NCBI GenBank assembly: GCA_004764695.1
Contig: SMSO01000031.1
Location: 8,662,761-8,726,760 of the forward strand
DNA: 64,000 nt
Direction of reading: 5' to 3'
DNA from: Schizochytrium sp. TIO01
Taxonomy: Eukaryota; Protista; Bigyra: Labyrinthulomycetes
Positions 57,484 to 64,000 of the stretch are shown here, in pieces. The notes beneath the pieces are model-generated. The model did not search any database. It was not told where the DNA came from and worked only from the letters and a program-made list of their open reading frames with translations. The first letter of the stretch is position 1. The number at the start of each line of letters is the position of its first letter. Position numbers and translations under genes: made by a program.

Positions 57484-59733
57484 TTAGAAATCGGAATCAG
57501 GAGATAGACCAGAACGGATAACGTACCAGACGCCGCGAGTCCGCTTATCATCATCTTCTTCATCAGAAACCCCTCCATCATCCGAACTCTCTGCCTCTTC
57601 CCCGTCTTCTTCGTCCTCTTCGTCTTCCTCGTCTTCCTCATCATTCCCTGGACCCAATCTACCAAAGGAATTATCAACAAAGTTCGCACGATTCTGTTCT
57701 CTATGGGAAACCTGAGTGGCGATTATATTGCCATGGTTGATTGTTGATCTTTGAGCTTCATCACGAGTTTGTTGTGCACTTGATGAAGACGAGCCTTTCC
57801 AAGCCGCACGGCAGATAGGGCAGGTTTTGTGAACTCTGATCCATTGATTAATGCAAACCGTGTGAAAATTTGTGCCGCACTTAACCTGGCACCAAGACAG
57901 CTGTGATGAGAGCAGCTCGTCAAGCTCCTCACAGCAAATTGAGCAAGATTCGTTACGGAACCCATGACGCTGGACTCCGTAAGCTGAAACTTCAAGTTTC
58001 TTTTGGTTGTTCAATGAGGAACAAAAATGTGCACGATCAGCCTCACTTGCGCATATTCTCGGATCGACCTCTTCCCAGGTGCGTGGCACTCGACCTGCTA
58101 AAAATCGGAGCTCAAACCCAGTCAAGTTTTTTTGCCATACAACTGGGTCAAATTGGTTACACTTCAGCACTTTTAAGGTAACAAAAAAAATGTGTCTACA
58201 CAATTGCAATTGGCCATTGTCATTCTGATTGCAGCTGCAGGACGGAAATAAAGTCATCCGAACAACACGCACTTCCCGAGATGTATCACGTATATAGTAT
58301 TTGTACTCGTCATCTTGCATTGTCTCGTAGTACAAAAGAACCATACGCTCCCTGAGTGCGTGATTCATCTCGAATTTGTGTTGTCCCGTCATTTGTTCGA
58401 TGAAGTTGTGCTGTTGAGTATTCTTTGATTCAGACGATCCGCTACTCCAACCTGTATAATTCAGAGTAGAGGCTCTGCTATCTGTTGCCAACAAACCCCA
58501 CCGAAACTGGTTCCAATCCTCATTGGTCATATCTGGGCGGGCGCGATGAAGAAATGCTTGTACCTGCCGAAGAATATCTTCTCCAGAAAGTTTATTGGAC
58601 CTTATCAAAGAGGAGTCAGGATTTCCAACCGCACTTAAGTTTTGTGCACCAGCAGAAGGCCTTTCACTCACGCATCTGCCCACCCGAATTATTTGAGGAG
58701 GTTCTGAAAACATAGACGAAGAAGACACAGGTTTGGAAGAACGCTGGCTGCTCAGTGCTGCTGCTGGTTTAACTAACAAACGCACAGCATTGATATATTC
58801 TGTGGGATAGTATGCAGAGCTTTGTGGGATGTTACCGCTCTCAAATGAATCCCAGACCCATAGCTCAGTATGGACGGGCAACATGGAGTAGTCCCTGGCG
58901 GACCTGAATAGCGCCGCGGCATATTTTTCAGCAGCTCCTTTGCATAGCCTTCCAACGACAACTGCATCAACATCATCGGCACCGTCAAAGGTATTGTAGA
59001 GAACCTTTGCGCCAGCCCAAGTGAGTCTTCGGGAAATTTCACGGGCGTTAGACATCCCAGCTGTGAAAAGAGATATATTTATTTTGTGGAACATTTTCTT
59101 CCGACGTACAGGTCCCCTACGAACGATCATGTCCCATAGATGTCCGCTTATAAGCTCTGAATCGTTGAAATTTTGGGACGGTGAGGCGTTCTCTCCAAAT
59201 GGACCCAAGAAGTGGAACCTTCCTTCCTGAACAAGGACAGGAGACTTCTCGTCACCGTCCCAGTTGATCACCATGTTTTCGGGAAGACCAATGTTTTGAA
59301 CTCTACACGAATAATCTAGTTGCTCCGTTCGACGGCTCGGTACCCCAAATGGAGATGGAACAAATGGTGATGCCGACAGTGATGACGACCTTGGCGTTCC
59401 CGTAGCTTCAAGCGAAGATGAAGAGGACGACGAAACGGACGGTCCATGTGTTCTAGCGATTCCTGAGGACGAAGAAGATGATGATCCACCTGGTCTTCTT
59501 ACACCTCCACAAATTAAACGATACGGATCATAAACAGATGATGGATGCGAGAGTATTTCTGCTCTACGCGGATCGTATTCGGTTCTTCGGCGCTTCCCCT
59601 GTTGCTCTAGCAGCAGACTCTCTCTAGCTTCTCCAGACTGCTCTTCAAATCCAAACGAAGCACGGCGTCCTCGATGTCTCTTTCTCTTCTGACGAGTTTG
59701 GCTCCTTGGGCGCTTCCCATCATAGCGTTGCAT
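57484..59733 (-). CDS. BRCT-like + SWIM zinc finger + C4HC3 RING (ZSWIM2/MEKK1-type) protein, probable E3 ubiquitin ligase
   Basis: SWIM CxC-x10-CxH (CSCNQNDNGQLQLCRHIFFV); RING C-x2-C-x14-C-x3-C-x4-H-x2-C-x10-C-x2-C; BRCT-like segment LTWAGAKV...VVVG...VHTELWVWDSF; basic NLS-like N-terminus; acidic tail. Confidence 0.87.
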   Translation of the reverse strand: MQRYDGKRPRSQTRQKRKRHRGRRASFGFEEQSGEARESLLLEQQGKRRRTEYDPRRAEILSHPSSVYDPYRLICGGVRRPGGSSSSSSSGIARTHGPSVSSSSSSSLEATGTPRSSSLSASPFVPSPFGVPSRRTEQLDYSCRVQNIGLPENMVINWDGDEKSPVLVQEGRFHFLGPFGENASPSQNFNDSELISGHLWDMIVRRGPVRRKKMFHKINISLFTAGMSNAREISRRLTWAGAKVLYNTFDGADDVDAVVVGRLCKGAAEKYAAALFRSARDYSMLPVHTELWVWDSFESGNIPQSSAYYPTEYINAVRLLVKPAAALSSQRSSKPVSSSSMFSEPPQIIRVGRCVSERPSAGAQNLSAVGNPDSSLIRSNKLSGEDILRQVQAFLHRARPDMTNEDWNQFRWGLLATDSRASTLNYTGWSSGSSESKNTQQHNFIEQMTGQHKFEMNHALRERMVLLYYETMQDDEYKYYIRDTSREVRVVRMTLFPSCSCNQNDNGQLQLCRHIFFVTLKVLKCNQFDPVVWQKNLTGFELRFLAGRVPRTWEEVDPRICASEADRAHFCSSLNNQKKLEVSAYGVQRHGFRNESCSICCEELDELLSSQLSWCQVKCGTNFHTVCINQWIRVHKTCPICRAAWKGSSSSSAQQTRDEAQRSTINHGNIIATQVSHREQNRANFVDNSFGRLGPGNDEEDEEDEEDEEDGEEAESSDDGGVSDEEDDDKRTRGVWYVIRSGLSPDSDF

Positions 59734-60730
59734 GGCTCTCAGCGTCTAGTAAAACCACAAGCACCACGAGAGTCAACAGAAAACCTGAGACCTCGATAAT
59801 GATTTGCTGCGATGCAGGGCATGGTCAAGATCTTGATTCTCAACTTTGTGAAGAAAGTTACTCACACATACAAAATGGTACCTACACAATATTCTAATGC
59901 ACCTTCTCGTTTTCATTTTTTCATTTTCTCATTTTATAAAATATCATATTTCTTATTTTAAAACTGTAACTTCGCCTATTGAATTTGCCACATATACATG
60001 TAGAGTATTCCCTTAAACCTCGTAACCTCCATTAGTCAAATTATAATAACGCTGGCTTGGGTGTTGTCCGCCTAGTTAATCTCAAATTAAGTACTAGGTA
60101 GATAGATACGTGCAGCAGTGGTCGAAAAACTGTAGTAGCTAGGAATTTTCTTTTTTCTTTTTGCTTGATTTATACTTCCCCGGGAAGACTTCTCTTTTCT
60201 TATTTTTCTTTCTTTAGTTAGGGAAAAGCTAGCTACTAGCAAGTTAACTCTGAATACGTGAGAAAGAAAATCATGGCCGAGTAATTCTGGTCCAGGGGGA
60301 TAGTGAGAATGAGCCTAAGTTTTAGAAGGGCAGGGAGACAGCTGTTTAACGAAGAAACTAATTGTATGCATAATTTATAGTTTTCAACCGAGGAGAATGT
60401 TTTCGACTCGCTAGTTTGAGGTGAAAAGGAGATCTTCAAGGAAGTATAAATAGGAATCTACAATCAACATTTATTCAATTTCCGCCATTTCAGAATTGCC
60501 TAATAGAACATAAAACAGGTAGCTTGCAATACTACCTTGTATGTCCGACATCGCTCTGCAATAAAACGCAATATACTATGAATTATATTAAACCATCAGG
60601 TTATATTGAAAGTACGGAACACAATATGACCATGAGCCCTGCTATAAACATGTAAAAATGTACAAACAGAGTTTCATTTATGATTTTAAATAATCTCCCT
60701 GAATATGAAATACATGTAGTATATGAACTA

Positions 60731-61444
60731 TTAACAACTGTCCTCATCGCTGCAAGAAGCTGAACTATCAAAATCCAGGTACTCACAAAACGTTTCAAGG
60801 GTCTCCAAATACTTAATCTCATCTATGAACAATTCAAATTGTAGTAAATGACAAAACTTTGCCTCAAGCTTGTTTACCTCAGACATTGAGATCCCAGCTA
60901 CTCGGGACCACCACTCCGTACTGACACCACGATCTTCTGTCCACTTTGTTGCGACAAGCATACCTGCGATGAGTAAGCGATGGATGTTATGCATGCTGAT
61001 GGGATATTCTGGATTAAGCCTATCAATGCGGTTCAAATAGAGAGTCGTGATCACTGCAGCACGGACACCAGCAGACTCACGCCCGCCAGGATGCGAACGC
61101 CAAATGTTGATATACCTTGCCATTCTCGCTAGAAAACCTTCGATACTAATCGCTGGAATGTCTTCTCCACAAAAGTGGTCAATTGGAATTTTGCAATCTT
61201 CATTTTCTTCTACACGGTGTTCAATTTCACGAGAAATTTGTTTAATAATGTGTAAACCTTCGTGATTTAATGCATTCGATTCTTCTAGTGGTTGCAAACT
61301 TTGCGAGGTTCCCAGATCACTTACAGCTGATGCGATGCTATGTGTACCTGAACCATGGCTTGAAGCTCGATTTCGGCTAGCGAAGTTGATGATGCGAGCA
61401 GAAAAGCGCTTCCCCAGAAGTGTAGCACCCTTTCCGAGACCCAT
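60731..61444 (-). CDS. PHO80-like / cyclin U (P-type) cyclin, paralogue 2
   Basis: PAISIEGFLARMARY, NIHRLLIAGMLVATKWTED, WSRVAGISMSEVNKLEAKFCHLLQFELFI; clear paralogue of 52386-53069. Confidence 0.92.
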   Translation of the reverse strand: MGLGKGATLLGKRFSARIINFASRNRASSHGSGTHSIASAVSDLGTSQSLQPLEESNALNHEGLHIIKQISREIEHRVEENEDCKIPIDHFCGEDIPAISIEGFLARMARYINIWRSHPGGRESAGVRAAVITTLYLNRIDRLNPEYPISMHNIHRLLIAGMLVATKWTEDRGVSTEWWSRVAGISMSEVNKLEAKFCHLLQFELFIDEIKYLETLETFCEYLDFDSSASCSDEDSC

Positions 61445-64000
61445 TCGTCTGCCCTTGAGAAACGTTGATTTACTAGAATCCGAGTTTCTGAGCTTTGAAA
61501 GGTACGTTCGAACCTGGGATAAGGTTTTGCTTGCAGGAGTTTTTATGCTCCTATTTTCAATAGTTGAGATATGAACTATGAGACGACAAACATGGTAGTC
61601 CTCTTATGAACTGTAAAAATATACAGTACTGTATAAGTATACAGTAGTTTATGGTATCCTGGTTTATAGTTTTGCTTTCATCAGCTTCCTTTTCCAGATG
61701 AATAGATAATTTCATAGTTTTACTTATCGTCTGACATGGATGCACGATATGATGAATCATTACAGTGCACACGCGTTTTACTTCGCAATCACACGCATGC
61801 TCCAAGTACCCAAATTTTAATTTTCATTCTGCAAGATTTCACAGATGAATTTGCGGAAGAGCCTAAAATACCACCAGGTAACTACGCCCAACAGAACGTT
61901 AACAGTGCCTTATAGAACTATGTAAAAATAAAAAACAAACGAAAGCAACTATCTGATCAACAGCTTGCTAGGCCCCCATACGGCCAGAATCGATTCATGC
62001 TATCTGAATCGTATTCATTCAACCAATTCCCAGCCAATTTCATGTTATCATGGTCGTTGTTGAAGTGGACTCTTTTCATTTATCCCCAGCAGGAAGTGTC
62101 AAAATCCGGTGCTGCGCCACCTTGCGCAAGCATAGGTCTTTGCAAAGCTCAGATACGCAAGCAGTCGCTCATGAACAAACATGGGATGAGAGGAGAGTAT
62201 TCGGACGTTTCTTTGTTCATTCAGGCAAGGTACGAGGCGTTCATTTTTGCATAGCGGACATGAGAGGTATTGCTGATATATGGCTTTGTACGAGAGCCAC
62301 AGTATGTTGGGATAGCATGTGCTAAGAGACTTGCATGTTTCTAGCGCCGCGACTATTGTGAGCTCCATGGGAAATATTCTGGCGAGATTGCTAACCGAGA
62401 AACGACAATTGATGGTATGATGACGCGCAACTTCATGTAGGAAGTCTGGTGCATCATTTGATCCTGTCGCTGTACAAGTCATAGCCAGAGAAAGGGGTAC
62501 CTACTAACGCTAATTTAGGGTTCGCTCTTTGGAAATTAGTCGAGCTCTGTATGCTATTAGCGAAACGCATTACACAAGAAAGTAAAGTACCAAGCACTAC
62601 TCAAAAAGCTCCGAAAGGGAATCAGACATCCTAGAACCATAATTTACAGGACATAGAGACACACACTTCTCGCCCCCAACATTATTTGCTCGCCTCTTTC
62701 AGTTGCGACGATTCGCTGTACTAATGATTTTTAAACTTTGTGTGGAAGTCGTTATTAATCTTAGAGCATTCAACTTATTGAATTGCAGCATATGCAAGTC
62801 ACTATCACTTGTTCAAAGCTGGTAATGAAGCAATTGATACTTCGATTGAAAATTGTATTCACAGACCTAACTTTGCGACACGGTCAGGAACCATGATAGA
62901 CCAGTACTTCCCTTTGGACCAATTAACTTTCTCCAGTTAGGGCGTTAGGGCTGTTTTTTTCCAGAGATTAGCAAAACAATCAGACGGGTCGTCAAATGCC
63001 ATGACTTCATGGGGAAGTTGGAGAACATTTATACCAGAACTGCTCGATACTATAGCAAGTAACCAGTGGACGTAGCAAAAGAATAAAGCTTGAAGGGAAT
63101 TCTTGCTGACAATGGGAGGACATCTCCAATCTTCAGATTTCAATATATAGTATTAGTAATCTCGATTATCTAATAAGGATTAGGTCAAATAGAAAGTATT
63201 CACGAGAGGAAGCAAAATACCCTTGCACAAGAATATATGTCTTTGGCAAAACCTTCGCGTAATAGAGAGAATATGAATATTTGCCCTCATGCGTTGAAGT
63301 TAGATGACATAAAGAACTTGGGTTCATCTCGCAAGACTCTAACTACAAATATCTTTGGTGATAACTGCGAACAGCAGTAGCTGAATACTATCATTAGAGA
63401 AGTGGGAAAACTGAGGAGCTCAGCAGACAACTATTATCGATGAAGTGAAGCCATTGGTTTGGTGTAAAACTGCAAAAAGTACACAACTCAGTGAACAGCC
63501 TATTTTTCTACTTTACAAGTTTTGTTTTGTTTAGAACTTGAAAATATACATGCCTGAATACCGCGATGACATCAAGCGAATTATGACTGCTTTAACAAAT
63601 GTGATATATAATGACTCTCGTCTGAGTGCACACTGGTACGAAGAAAATGAGTTCTCTGTGTGCTGATAATATAGTGAAGGTTAAAATTGCAGAGTAGAAC
63701 CGTAGAACCCAAGGCTTACTTTGTGACAGGTATAAGTCTGATAGATTTTTTCCTAATGTGTGGTGACACTTAAGGAACGCGAGTTAGACACCGTTGGGAG
63801 TGCCAAAATTTGATAAAACGCTGAGAGATATAAGTCCTGTGCAACTTTGTATCAGATGAAGGATGCCTAGCCACGTAAATGTCGCTATCGCATCTCACTA
63901 TGAAACATAGTTTTAAACCAGAGAAAGAGTTAGATAGAAATAATAGATCAATTTTCTTCAAAAACAAAACACCAAACCCCCGAGTCCTGCAGATTTCGAG

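Noticed and set aside
33939-61444. Idea that the two kinases and two cyclins form cognate CDK-cyclin pairs
   Set aside because: The kinases lack a PSTAIRE-like helix and other CMGC features and look AGC-derived.
61550-64000. Short ORFs of 65-127 aa at the right end
   Set aside because: No recognisable motifs or coding bias; probably upstream region of cyclin paralogue 2.

Overview
Eukaryotic nuclear DNA, most likely from a thraustochytrid (Labyrinthulomycota, Aurantiochytrium/Schizochytrium-like). The call rests on the trifunctional carotenoid gene crtIBY, mostly intronless genes, GT-AG introns and microsatellite-rich intergenic DNA. Left half, gene-dense: TRAPPC1/BET5, a CNNM (DUF21+CBS) transporter, a 1368-aa K+ channel fused to a large ectodomain, a ~209-aa orphan, a DOT1-like methyltransferase, a 4-exon TMEM249/CATSPER-theta-like gene not visible as a whole in the ORF track, HAS1/DDX18, crtIBY and a type II membrane sulfotransferase-like protein. 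Right half, gene-sparse, with all recognisable genes on the minus strand: two tandem atypical non-RD Ser/Thr kinases, a small disordered ORF, two PHO80/cyclin-U paralogues flanking a BRCT-SWIM-RING protein, plus decayed coding-like fragments and simple repeats. The most striking observations are (1) the receptor-like channel (signal peptide, ~530-aa ectodomain, TSP3-like Ca-binding repeats, extra TM helix, 6TM Kv core) and (2) a homologue of a sperm CatSper accessory subunit in a protist, about 4 kb away. No rRNA, tRNA, CRISPR or intact transposon was recognised. All family calls come from motif recognition by eye, not database searches.
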